The position numbers and the translations under genes are program-made. Shown here piece by piece: positions 37,661-46,996 of a DNA stretch of 64,000 nt; positions within the stretch are counted from its first letter, which is position 1; the number at the start of each line of letters is the position of its first letter. The DNA is taken from positions 2,592,001 through 2,656,000 of the forward strand of contig OY762825.2 of assembly GCA_963666425.2 (NCBI GenBank), given 5' to 3'. The stretch is from Bacillota bacterium. GTDB lineage: Bacteria > Bacillota > JAAYKD01. The notes beneath the pieces are model-generated. The model saw nothing but the letters and a program-made list of their open reading frames with translations. It was not told the DNA's origin and did not search any database.

Positions 37661-38578
37661 ATGCAACCGTTGCAACGGCAGCTGCCGAAAAATTATAGCA
37701 GCCCTATTTGGCGCGCCATCATGGAATTTGAGATGCTGCAACCGAATGACAGGGTGATGGTGGGGCTTTCCGGTGGGAAAGACTCCAGCTTTTTGCTGTA
37801 CGCGCTTTGGGTGATCCAACAGCATTCACTGATTCCATTCGAGCTGGCAGCTGTCACGATCGATCCGGGTTTTTCTGAAGCTTCACCTCGGCCAGCCCTG
37901 CAGGAATTGTGCGATGCCATGGCAATTCCTTTTTTCTTTGAAGCGCTGCCGCAGATGAAAGACGTTATTTTTACAGGCGATCCTCGACAGAGCCCCTGCG
38001 CACGCTGTGCTTTTTTTCGCCGGGGTGCGATCAACCGGATTGCTGCTGCCAATGGTTATCATAAACTGGCGCTCGGGCATCACCATGATGATGCGGTGGA
38101 AACCTTTTTGATGAGCATACTCTATTCCGGTCAAATCACGACATTTACCCCGGTTACCCCACAGGAGCGAGCCGGTTTGACGATTATTCGACCCTTGGTT
38201 TATCTGAGAGAGAAAGAAATTCGGGCAGCCAAGCGATTTTTCCCCTTTGAACCGATTTCCAGCTGTTGCCCCCGCGACGGCAACAGTACCAGAGCGGCGG
38301 TAAAAGATCTGATCCGGGATTTGAGTCAAGAAAACAATTCGGTCTACGAAAACTTGAGCGCCGCCATGCGCTCCGCGCCGGAACGGGCAGCCTTATGGCC
38401 TCGTCCGATCAATCGGATGCAGATGAAAGAGCGTTATCTGCAAGCGACAGCTTGGCATCGCAATCAAATGAAAAAAACAAACGCCGAGAAAAATGTATCG
38501 AAAGCAAAGTCTGCGGACCAAGCACATGAAAAAAAGATCATCGTCGCTGAACTTCAAATTGAACAAGACGATGAATAA
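37661..38578 (+). CDS. ttcA: TtcA-family tRNA thiolation protein
   Basis: PP-loop GLSGGKDS, PCARC, ALGHHHDD, IIRPL. Confidence 0.8.
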   Translation: MQPLQRQLPKNYSSPIWRAIMEFEMLQPNDRVMVGLSGGKDSSFLLYALWVIQQHSLIPFELAAVTIDPGFSEASPRPALQELCDAMAIPFFFEALPQMKDVIFTGDPRQSPCARCAFFRRGAINRIAAANGYHKLALGHHHDDAVETFLMSILYSGQITTFTPVTPQERAGLTIIRPLVYLREKEIRAAKRFFPFEPISSCCPRDGNSTRAAVKDLIRDLSQENNSVYENLSAAMRSAPERAALWPRPINRMQMKERYLQATAWHRNQMKKTNAEKNVSKAKSADQAHEKKIIVAELQIEQDDE

Positions 38579-38592
38579 TTGAGGTGAGTATT

Positions 38593-40524
38593 TTGGCCTT
38601 GATCGCCGTCAATAATATGGCAAAATATTATGGCAGCACGAAGATTTTTGAACGGGTGACTTTTGATGTCAATGCCGGTGACCGCATCGGTTTGGTAGGA
38701 CGCAACGGTACAGGGAAGACCACTTTGCTGCGGGTCATTACCGGGGATCTGGAAGCCGATGGCGATGACAGCACCTTTATGACCAAAGCGTCCGGCTGCA
38801 GTTTTGGCTGGCTGCGTCAGCAGGATGAATTAGGCGGAGACATGCTGTTATGGGCATCCATGCGCTCTGTATTTGCCCAATTGGATGAATTGGAACAACG
38901 CATGCGCAATTTGGAACAAGAGATGGCCCAGCCGCAAGTTTACCAGAACCAAGAAAAATTGGCAGAAATCAATAACCGTTATACCAGAGCGTTGAATGAA
39001 TTTGAAGCCAATGGCGGCTATACTTGTGACAGTCAGATCCGTGCGATTCTCTTTGGGCTAGGCTTTTTGGAAAATGATTTTAGTCTGCCGCTCGATTCTT
39101 TATCGGGTGGTCAAAGGATGCGGGCCGCTTTGGCGCGTGTTTTGCTGCAGAGTCCGGATCTGCTCTTATTGGATGAACCAACCAATCACCTGGACATCGC
39201 GGCAGTCGAATGGCTGGAAGAATACCTGCATACCTATAAGGGTGCAGTGATCGCCGTCTCACACGACCGTTATTTTCTGGACCGCATCGTCAACCGTATT
39301 TTTGAAATCGAGTATCAGACCCTATCCATCTACCGTGGCAATTACAGCGCCTTCGTGCATCAAAAAAAGGAAAACCTGCGGCGTCAGGGAGATGTCTATC
39401 GGCAAACGGAAGAAGAGCGAAAAAAGCTGCGCCGTTTTATCGATAAATTCCAGTATGGCACCAAAGCGACAATGGCAAAAAGCAAGGCAAAAATGCTGGC
39501 ACGCCTCGATCCCATTGAAGCTCCCAAAGCGGCGGCAGCCAGTATGAAACTGCAGTTCAAACCGCGTTTCAAGAGCGCCAATCGGGTGATCATGCTGGAG
39601 GATCTGGAAAAAACTTATGACCGCCGCCTGTTTGGACCGCTCAATCTGACGGTTTACCGCGGTGAGCGGATTGCGCTGGTCGGACCGAATGGCACCGGAA
39701 AAAGTACATTGTTATCTATTTTAACCGGATTTGTCGAACCTTCGGCCGGTGAAGTGCGCTGGGGTGTGGGTGCAGAGTGGAGTTATTATCGGCAAAGTCT
39801 GGATGATCTGGAAGACACCAATACGGTGCTGGAAGAAATGATGTCGGCTGGTGAGCAGATGACCAACGAAGAAGCCAGAACGATTTTGGGGCGCTTTTTA
39901 ATCATTGGAGAAGAGGTCACGAAGCGGGTCAGTACCCTCAGCGGCGGAGAACGCAGCCGCGTGATGTTGGCCAAATTGTTTGTGCAGGGTGCCAATTGTC
40001 TCTTACTGGATGAGCCAACCAATCACCTGGATATCGCCGCCAAAGAATCTCTGGAAGAAGCGCTGCAAACCTTTCCCGGAACGCTGATTTTTGTCTCGCA
40101 CGATCGTTACTTTATCGATCAGGTTGCAGAAAAAATCTGGGAAATGAAAGACGGCAATTTCCGCGTGGTGGAAGGCGGCTGGACCGGTTATACAGAGCTG
40201 TTAGCGAAAGAAAAAGCAGCACTGAATCAAGTACAAACGGGAATTGTCAAACAGGAAAAGCAGGAAGACAGACAAAGCAAGGAGGAACAGCGGCTGCGCA
40301 AACAGTGGGAAAGGCAGATTATGGAAGCCGAACAGACGCTGGAAGCCCTGGAGAAAGAGAAAACCGGTTTGGAATGGACAATGGCCGAACCTGATTTTGT
40401 CAAGCGAAGGGAACGTCAAGCTATTTTACGCCGTTATGCGGAATTGCCTCCCTTGATCGAAGCAGCCTATACAGAATGGGAAAACCGCTGCGACGCTTTG
40501 CAGGCCGGTGAGAAAGAAAAATGA
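38593..40524 (+). CDS. ABC-F family ribosome-associated ATPase
   Basis: Two ABC cassettes (GRNGTGKTT, LSGGQ, LDEPTNHLD; GPNGTGKST, LSGGE), no TM domain; start TTG 38593 or GTG 38584. Confidence 0.92.
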   Translation: MALIAVNNMAKYYGSTKIFERVTFDVNAGDRIGLVGRNGTGKTTLLRVITGDLEADGDDSTFMTKASGCSFGWLRQQDELGGDMLLWASMRSVFAQLDELEQRMRNLEQEMAQPQVYQNQEKLAEINNRYTRALNEFEANGGYTCDSQIRAILFGLGFLENDFSLPLDSLSGGQRMRAALARVLLQSPDLLLLDEPTNHLDIAAVEWLEEYLHTYKGAVIAVSHDRYFLDRIVNRIFEIEYQTLSIYRGNYSAFVHQKKENLRRQGDVYRQTEEERKKLRRFIDKFQYGTKATMAKSKAKMLARLDPIEAPKAAAASMKLQFKPRFKSANRVIMLEDLEKTYDRRLFGPLNLTVYRGERIALVGPNGTGKSTLLSILTGFVEPSAGEVRWGVGAEWSYYRQSLDDLEDTNTVLEEMMSAGEQMTNEEARTILGRFLIIGEEVTKRVSTLSGGERSRVMLAKLFVQGANCLLLDEPTNHLDIAAKESLEEALQTFPGTLIFVSHDRYFIDQVAEKIWEMKDGNFRVVEGGWTGYTELLAKEKAALNQVQTGIVKQEKQEDRQSKEEQRLRKQWERQIMEAEQTLEALEKEKTGLEWTMAEPDFVKRRERQAILRRYAELPPLIEAAYTEWENRCDALQAGEKEK

Positions 40525-40571
40525 TCTCTGCGTCAGGACTCAAAAGGCAGTTTAGCCATAACATCAGATAA

Positions 40572-40635
40572 AAAAAGAAGCTGATACGAGGAGCAGTACG
40601 TTTCGTACTGAGGATCGTATCAACTTCTATTTTAT
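40572..40635. terminator. Bidirectional terminator between ABC-F and abrB
   Basis: AGAAGCTGATACGA..CAGTACG/CGTACTG..TCGTATCAACTTCT flanked by A and T runs. Confidence 0.7.
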
Positions 40636-40647
40636 TTAAAAAAAAGA

Positions 40648-40893
40648 TTAGTGTAATTCTGTCAGCTCTTTTAAGCAGTTGGAGCAGATATGTTTGTCCT
40701 TGAAGTGCAGGAGTTCTCCTTCTTGCCCGCAAAGTGCGCAGCTGGCAGAAAACTTTTTCAGGATAATGGTGTCCTCTTCAGTGAAAATTTCCAAGGCATC
40801 ACGCTCACTGATGTGTAATGTTCTGCGTAATTCCATGGGAATCACAATACGGCCTAATTCATCTATTCTTCTCACGATACCGGTAGCTTTCAT
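40648..40893 (-). CDS. abrB: AbrB-family transition-state regulator
   Basis: MKATGIVRRIDELGRIVIPMELRR; divergent from metG as in Bacillus. Confidence 0.93.
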   Translation of the reverse strand: MKATGIVRRIDELGRIVIPMELRRTLHISERDALEIFTEEDTIILKKFSASCALCGQEGELLHFKDKHICSNCLKELTELH

Positions 40894-41191
40894 TTAATGT
40901 AACCTCCTTTGTTTTTCAAATTCAAACTTAATTTACCTTATGCCTGCGTGAAAGTCAATAGTTTCCTTTTGATGGAAAATAATAAAAAAAGAGTCAACTA
41001 GATAAAAAGATACAATTAGACAAAACGAAATAAAAAAAATGGCCTTTTCATGATATTTGCACTAAATAAATCTGTAAACTATCATAAAATTACTCTGCTT
41101 GCTTAAGCAGGTAGAAAACCAGTAAAGAATTGATTTTTTCAGTTTAAACAGGAGGGGAAAGAATGAGAAGCTCAGGACGATTATTTACCAC

Positions 41192-41220
41192 TTGACAGTT
41201 GGTGCAGCAGACAGTATAAT
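41192..41220 (+). promoter_or_regulatory. SigA promoter of metG
   Basis: Perfect TTGACA-N17-TATAAT. Confidence 0.85.
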
Positions 41221-41229
41221 CTTTTGTAA

Positions 41230-41520
41230 GAAAGCGATGATGAGAAGAGTAAGGCGTCCTTTGCCGCACAGAGAGTCTGGCAAGCTGAAAACAGATCGGC
41301 GAACGAACCTGAAGATGGTCCCGGAGCAGCGATAGTGATTCAAGTTGAGAGCTGATTAACTATTGACGTCTGGCTTGCGTTAACAAGCTGCGGTAAGCAA
41401 CAGCGGATGCTGTCCTGGCTTGCTGCATTAGGAAGGATGCTTGCTCTTGACAAAGACAGGTGTCGAACAAGGGTGGTACCGCGACCTCTCGCCCCTTATC
41501 GGGTGAGGGCTTTTTTTTAT
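41230..41520 (+). promoter_or_regulatory. T-box riboswitch (Met specifier)
   Basis: AGAGAG and GCTGAAA stem I motifs, specifier GAAGATG, GCGTTA, T-box AAGGGTGGTACCGCG, terminator with T run. Confidence 0.92.
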
Positions 41521-41573
41521 GGATGCGATGGTAAAAGCAGGGTGAATTTTGATTAATAAAGGAGAGTGAACGG

Positions 41574-43625
41574 ATGAGCAAGACCTATTATGTTACCACA
41601 CCCATCTATTATACCAGCGGGAATCCGCATGTCGGGCATGCCTATTGCTCCATTATGGCGGATACGTTGGCACGTTTTCATCGTCTGCTGGGCGAGGATG
41701 TCTTTTTTCTGACCGGTACCGATGAACATGGGCAGAAAGTGGAAGAAAATGCTGCGAAAGCAGGACTCACTCCCAAGCAATATGTCGATCAATTAGATAT
41801 CGCGTTTAAGGCGCTATGGGCGAAATTAAACATTTCCTATGATGGCTATATTCGTACGACCGATCCGCTGCATCAGGCGGCGGTCCAGAAAATTTTCCGG
41901 CAGCTCTATGATCAAGGCGATATTTATAAAAAAGATTATGAAGGTCATTATTGTGTTCCCTGTGAGGCGTACTGGACAGAACATCAAATTAAAGAAGGCA
42001 ATCTGTGCCCCGATTGCGGTCGACCGGTGACTTGGCTGAAGGAAGAGAGCTATTATTTCCGTGCGTCCAAGTATGCGGATCGGTTGCTGCAATATATTGA
42101 AGACAATCCGGACTTCATTCAACCGGTTTCCCGGACCAATGAAATGGTCAACAATTTTTTGAAACCGGGTTTGAATGATTTGTGTGTTTCCCGCACCAGT
42201 GTCGATTGGGGCATTCCGGTGACCTTTGATCCCAAGCATACGATTTATGTTTGGATCGATGCTTTGCCGAACTATATTACCGCCCTCGGTTACGGCAGTG
42301 ACGACGACAGCTTACTGCAGCGCTTTTGGCCGGCTGATTTGCATTTGGTTGGTAAGGAAATAATCCGTTTTCATACGATCATCTGGCCGATTATCCTGAT
42401 GGCGCTCGGTTTACCGCTGCCCAAACAGGTCTTCGGACATGGCTGGCTGCTTTATGATAATGAAAAAATGTCCAAATCCAAGGGCAACGTGGTGGACCCC
42501 AACGATATCATCCGTGATTATGGCACCGATCCGCTGCGCTATTATTTATTGGCCAAGGTACCGACCGGCAATGACGGCAATTTCACGACGGAATTGATCG
42601 CCAACATCTTCAATACGGATCTGGCCAACGATTTAGGCAATTTACTGAGCCGCACGATCGCCATGCAGGAACGCTATTTTGCCGGGATTGTGCAAACCCC
42701 TTCCGAGCGCAGTGCTTTGGATGCTGGCTTGATTGAATTGGCCGAAGCGACACCGGCAGCAGTCAATACTGCCATGCTGAAAAATGATTTTAATGCCGCT
42801 TTGGCGGCTATTTGGAAATTGATTGGCCGCAGCAATAAATACATTGATGAAACACTGCCTTGGGTTTTAGCCAAGGACGCATCCCAAAAAGAACGCTTGG
42901 CTACGGTGCTGTATCACCTGGCGGAAGTGCTGCGTATCACAGCCGTGCTGCTGCAGCCGTTTATGCCGGAGACTTCCCCTCGTATTTTTTTCCAATTGGG
43001 TTTAATGGGCCGCTCACCGCTGCAGACCTGGCAATCGATTCAAAACTTCGGCGGCTTACCGGCCGGAACCAAACTGCGCAAAGGGGAATCCCTTTTCCCC
43101 CGCATCGAAAAAGAGAATCCGGACGGCAGCTTGGGTAAAAAAGCAAAAGCTGTCAATCAAAGTAAAAAAAATCAGAAGCAAGAAAAACTGGAAGAAGGTT
43201 TGCAACAAATGACCGAAGAAAATCCGATTGCCGCTAACGAAACCCAGCTGGCTGAAGCAGAGATCATCGAAACCAATGTCTTGGCCGATCAGAAACCGCT
43301 GATCACCGTGGACGATTTCGCCAAAATCGATTTTCGCATCGCGGAAATCGTGGCCTGTGAAAAGGTAGCCAAAGCAGATCGCCTATTGAAATTACGGGTG
43401 CGGATCGGACAAACCGAGCGGGTGATTGTCTCCGGCATCGCGGAATATTACTCACCGGAAGAACTAATCGGGCGGCAGGTCTGTGTGGTGGCGAATTTAG
43501 CCCCTCATACTTTTAGGGGCATTGAATCGAACGGCATGCTTTTGGCGGCTTCGGATGATGCTCATACCAGTGTGATTTTATTACAGCCGGAAAAGCGCGC
43601 GCAAAACGGCTGGAGAGTAAAGTAA
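41574..43625 (+). CDS. metG: Methionyl-tRNA synthetase
   Basis: PHVGH, TGTDEHGQK, YVWIDAL, KMSKS, C-terminal tRNA-binding OB domain. Confidence 0.97.
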   Translation: MSKTYYVTTPIYYTSGNPHVGHAYCSIMADTLARFHRLLGEDVFFLTGTDEHGQKVEENAAKAGLTPKQYVDQLDIAFKALWAKLNISYDGYIRTTDPLHQAAVQKIFRQLYDQGDIYKKDYEGHYCVPCEAYWTEHQIKEGNLCPDCGRPVTWLKEESYYFRASKYADRLLQYIEDNPDFIQPVSRTNEMVNNFLKPGLNDLCVSRTSVDWGIPVTFDPKHTIYVWIDALPNYITALGYGSDDDSLLQRFWPADLHLVGKEIIRFHTIIWPIILMALGLPLPKQVFGHGWLLYDNEKMSKSKGNVVDPNDIIRDYGTDPLRYYLLAKVPTGNDGNFTTELIANIFNTDLANDLGNLLSRTIAMQERYFAGIVQTPSERSALDAGLIELAEATPAAVNTAMLKNDFNAALAAIWKLIGRSNKYIDETLPWVLAKDASQKERLATVLYHLAEVLRITAVLLQPFMPETSPRIFFQLGLMGRSPLQTWQSIQNFGGLPAGTKLRKGESLFPRIEKENPDGSLGKKAKAVNQSKKNQKQEKLEEGLQQMTEENPIAANETQLAEAEIIETNVLADQKPLITVDDFAKIDFRIAEIVACEKVAKADRLLKLRVRIGQTERVIVSGIAEYYSPEELIGRQVCVVANLAPHTFRGIESNGMLLAASDDAHTSVILLQPEKRAQNGWRVK

Positions 43626-43629
43626 GCAA

Positions 43630-44394
43630 ATGCGATTGATCGATACCCATGTTCATCTGGATGATGAACGATTTGGCAACGAAACGGAAGCCATACTAGC
43701 CCGCGCGGCCGCTGCCGGAGTAGAAAAACTGATTCAGGTAGGCTGCAATCTGCAATCCTCCTATCGGGCTGTTGCCTTGGCTGGCCGTTATGCGCAGATC
43801 TATCCGGCTGTGGGGATTCATCCCAGTGACGCGGCCGATTATGCCGCCGACGCAGACGCATTAGCGGAATTGGCCGCGAGATCAGAGGTGGTCGCCATCG
43901 GCGAAATTGGTTTGGATTATTATTGGAATCACTGTAGCAAAGAAGTGCAGCGGGAAACCTTTGTCAGACAATTGGATTTAGCCGGGCAGCTGCATAAACC
44001 GGTGATTATTCACGATCGCGACGCTCATGGCGAGGTGATGGAACTCCTGCGGCAGCAAGCCAAACACTTCAGCGGCGGGGTGCTGCATTGCTTTTCCGGC
44101 AGCTGGGAGATGGCGAAAGTTTGTTTGAATTTGGGATTCTATCTCTCTTTTGCCGGACCGCTGACCTTCCCCAAATCGAATCGCCTGCGCGAAATTGCTG
44201 CCCAGATCCCGTTGGACCGCTTTTTGCTGGAGACGGACTGTCCTTATTTAGCACCGCAGGCGCACCGCGGTCAGCGCAATGAACCGGCTTATGTTGCCGA
44301 ACAAGCCATCGCTTTTGCAGCCGCGCGCGGCATGACTGCAGACGCCGTTGCTGAACAGGCAGCAAAGAATGCGGAATCTCTTTTTGGTTTATAG
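43630..44394 (+). CDS. tatD: TatD-family nuclease
   Basis: IDTHVHL, GEIGLDYY, IHDRDAH, LHCFSG, ETDCPYL. Confidence 0.95.
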   Translation: MRLIDTHVHLDDERFGNETEAILARAAAAGVEKLIQVGCNLQSSYRAVALAGRYAQIYPAVGIHPSDAADYAADADALAELAARSEVVAIGEIGLDYYWNHCSKEVQRETFVRQLDLAGQLHKPVIIHDRDAHGEVMELLRQQAKHFSGGVLHCFSGSWEMAKVCLNLGFYLSFAGPLTFPKSNRLREIAAQIPLDRFLLETDCPYLAPQAHRGQRNEPAYVAEQAIAFAAARGMTADAVAEQAAKNAESLFGL

Positions 44395-44404
44395 GAGTGC
44401 AAGG

Positions 44405-44959
44405 ATGAAAATAAAAGAGGTCATTGTCGTTGAAGGGGAACATGATCGGCGGGCGGTAGAACAAGCGGTCGAGGCGGATGTGGAAATCACCGGTGGATTT
44501 GCCTTGACGGCGAGTCTGCTGGAGCGGTTACGCAAACTGCAGGACGTGCGCGGCTTGATTCTCTTCACGGATCCCGATTTTACCGGGGAAGTGATCAGAC
44601 GAACCTGCGCTCGCAAAATCCCGGGTGTAAAACATGCTTATCTGCCGCGGCAGGAGGCAATGAAAAAGAATGACGTCGGAATTGAAAATGCCTCACCGGC
44701 AGCGATTCGGCACGCCTTAACACTGCTGCACACGGAATCGTATCAAGCAAAAGTGACCTATGCGGCAGCGGATCTACTGCAATTGGGCTTGATCGGCAGG
44801 CAAGAGAGCGCCCGTTTGCGCCAAAGCACGGGAGATCGGCTTGGGATTGGTTATGCCAATGGCAAGAGCTTTCTGAAACGCCTGAATCGCTATGCGATCC
44901 CTCCGGAACAGTTGGCTGCAGCGGCGGCCTTGGCGCTGGCAGCAGAAACGGCAGAATAA
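44405..44959 (+). CDS. rnmV: Ribonuclease M5
   Basis: IKEVIVVEG, TDPDFTGEVIR, VGIENAS, LGIGYAN. Confidence 0.93.
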   Translation: MKIKEVIVVEGEHDRRAVEQAVEADVEITGGFALTASLLERLRKLQDVRGLILFTDPDFTGEVIRRTCARKIPGVKHAYLPRQEAMKKNDVGIENASPAAIRHALTLLHTESYQAKVTYAAADLLQLGLIGRQESARLRQSTGDRLGIGYANGKSFLKRLNRYAIPPEQLAAAAALALAAETAE

Positions 44960-44998
44960 AACGCTTGACTCGATTGGCAAAAGCAAAATAAGCAAAAG

Positions 44999-45049
44999 AA
45001 ACAGGAAAGCCGGGTTCGCGATCACTCGTAACCCGGTTTTTCTGTTTTT
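44999..45049 (+). terminator. Terminator after rnmV
   Basis: AACAGGAAAGCCGGGTT/AACCCGGTTTTTCTGTT + T run. Confidence 0.75.
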
Positions 45050-45272
45050 AAAAGGCGCTATGCAGCAGCAAAAACAGAAAAAGTGCTGCGCTAAATATCC
45101 ATTTACAAAATGTTGGTTTTAGTGTATGTTAAATTGAAAAGAGCGGTCGATTTAGGGCGGATCAAGGTCTCTTCTTTAAAAAACGGGTATCGTTGCCAAG
45201 GGAATCAGTGCGCTTCCTAGAACGCATGGGACGACGATTCCAGCGTAACGATCGTGAGAAAGGTGTTTTAAG

Positions 45273-46202
45273 ATGGTGAATAAATTAACCTCTCCGAGCG
45301 AAATAAAACGGTTGATCGATCAATATCACTTTCCGGTCAGGAAAAAGCTAGGCCAAAATTTCCTGGTGGATGAACATATTTTGCAAATGATCCTTGAGGC
45401 TGCTCAGCTGGCGAAGCAGACCACCGTTTTAGAGATCGGCCCCGGTTTTGGCACCTTGACCGTTGCGCTGGCAGAGCAAGCCGAACGGGTGGTCAGCATT
45501 GAAATTGATCCCATGCTGATTCCCATCCTGCAGGATGCTTTTCTTGCTTACCCTAATATTCGCCTGATCCACGCCGATGCGCTGAAAGTGGATTTCTCTG
45601 CCTTGTTTGCTGCAGACGAAGAAATCACTGTCGCTGCCAATCTGCCTTATTATATTACTTCTCCTTTAATCGTTCAGCTGATGCAGGCACCTTTTCGTAT
45701 GAAAAAAATGGTGATCCTCGTGCAAAAGGAAGTGGGAGACCGCTTGTTGGCACAGGCAGATACGGTGGAATACGGCAGTCTCAGTGTTTTTGTTCAATCG
45801 ACTGCCAAGGTGGAATTGGTCTGCAGAGCTCCGCGCACCGTCTTCTATCCATCACCGAAAGTGGATTCTGTGGTGATTGCGATTACACCCGATGCGAATC
45901 TGCGCAGCAGGATCGTTTCTATGCCCGTATTGGAATTGACGAATCGGGCGATTTTTGGCCAGCGGCGAAAAACGATCAGCAACAGTCTAAAGAATTCGCC
46001 CTATTGGACGGTGACAGCAGAGGATGTGCAGCAAGTATTGTCCGAATTGGGAATTGACAGTCATTTGCGGGGTGAGGTTTTATCACCGGATCAAATCGTT
46101 TTACTGGCCAATGCTTTATCGGCAGTTATTTGCGTGAAAGAGCTCCCCTTCAAAAAAGATCATGCTTATCGCGAGAACGAGTCAGACTCAATTTCGTTCT
46201 GA
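45273..46202 (+). CDS. rsmA: 16S rRNA m6,2A dimethyltransferase
   Basis: KKLGQNFL, EIGPGFGTLT, ANLPYYITSP, PKVDS, QRRKT. Confidence 0.96.
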   Translation: MVNKLTSPSEIKRLIDQYHFPVRKKLGQNFLVDEHILQMILEAAQLAKQTTVLEIGPGFGTLTVALAEQAERVVSIEIDPMLIPILQDAFLAYPNIRLIHADALKVDFSALFAADEEITVAANLPYYITSPLIVQLMQAPFRMKKMVILVQKEVGDRLLAQADTVEYGSLSVFVQSTAKVELVCRAPRTVFYPSPKVDSVVIAITPDANLRSRIVSMPVLELTNRAIFGQRRKTISNSLKNSPYWTVTAEDVQQVLSELGIDSHLRGEVLSPDQIVLLANALSAVICVKELPFKKDHAYRENESDSISF

Positions 46203-46207
46203 CGCTC

Positions 46208-46236
46208 TTGTCAAGCAAATGATTCGATGTTATAAT
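46208..46236 (+). promoter_or_regulatory. SigA promoter of rex-murE-HIT
   Basis: TTGTCA-N17-TATAAT with extended TG. Confidence 0.7.
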
Positions 46237-46327
46237 TACAGCATAAAATGAAGAAAAAACGAGACAAGCAGACTCAAGATTTTCAGCAGGCTTGATCCGG
46301 GTTTTTTAAGGAAGAAGGTAGTTCGTA

Positions 46328-46993
46328 TTGAAGATGGCTGATATCCCGCGCCCCGCTCTGGAACGTATGCCCCTTTATTACCGCAGCCTTTCCGTTTGGA
46401 AATCGAAAGGTTTTAAAACGGTTTCTTCCTTAGAGATTGGTCGGGATGCGGGTGTAAATGTCGTACAAGTCCGCAAAGACCTGGCTTATTTTGGCGAATT
46501 TGGCCGGCCGGGCATCGGATATAATGTAGATTATTTGATGTCGGAATTGGGCAGATTATTGGGCTTTAATCATAAAACCGAGGCTGTTTTAATCGGAGCC
46601 GGCAGACTTGGCACGGCCATTGTTTGTTATCCCGGTTTTTATCGTTACAATATGAAGATTGCGGCGCTGTTTGATACCGACCGCGAAAAAATAGGACAAA
46701 TTGTCGGAGACACACTGATTCTCGCCATGGAACAGCTGCCTGCCTTTCTGCGCACAAGAAACATCAATTTAGGTATAATTACCGTTCCAGCCGAAGCGGC
46801 GCAGCCTGCAGCTGATTTGCTGGTGGAGAATGGCGTCAAAGTGATCTGGAATTTTGCGCCGGTCACACTGCATTTAGCCGAAGATGTGAAGGTTCGCAAT
46901 GAGGATTTGGCGGTCGGACTGGCTACTTTGTGCTATTTTATCAATAAAGACAAGAGCGGTTCTGACGGGGAACAGGATAAGTTTGAGGTGTAA
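46328..46993 (+). CDS. rex: Redox-sensing repressor Rex
   Basis: RMPLYYR, QVRKDLAYFGEFGRPGIGY, GAGRLG, IWNFAP. Confidence 0.95.
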   Translation: MKMADIPRPALERMPLYYRSLSVWKSKGFKTVSSLEIGRDAGVNVVQVRKDLAYFGEFGRPGIGYNVDYLMSELGRLLGFNHKTEAVLIGAGRLGTAIVCYPGFYRYNMKIAALFDTDREKIGQIVGDTLILAMEQLPAFLRTRNINLGIITVPAEAAQPAADLLVENGVKVIWNFAPVTLHLAEDVKVRNEDLAVGLATLCYFINKDKSGSDGEQDKFEV

Positions 46994-46996
46994 GCA

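Noticed and set aside
41370-41465. Extra hairpins in the metG leader as a second riboswitch
   Set aside because: Consistent with T-box stem IIA/B, variable linker and stem III; no SAM-box core seen.
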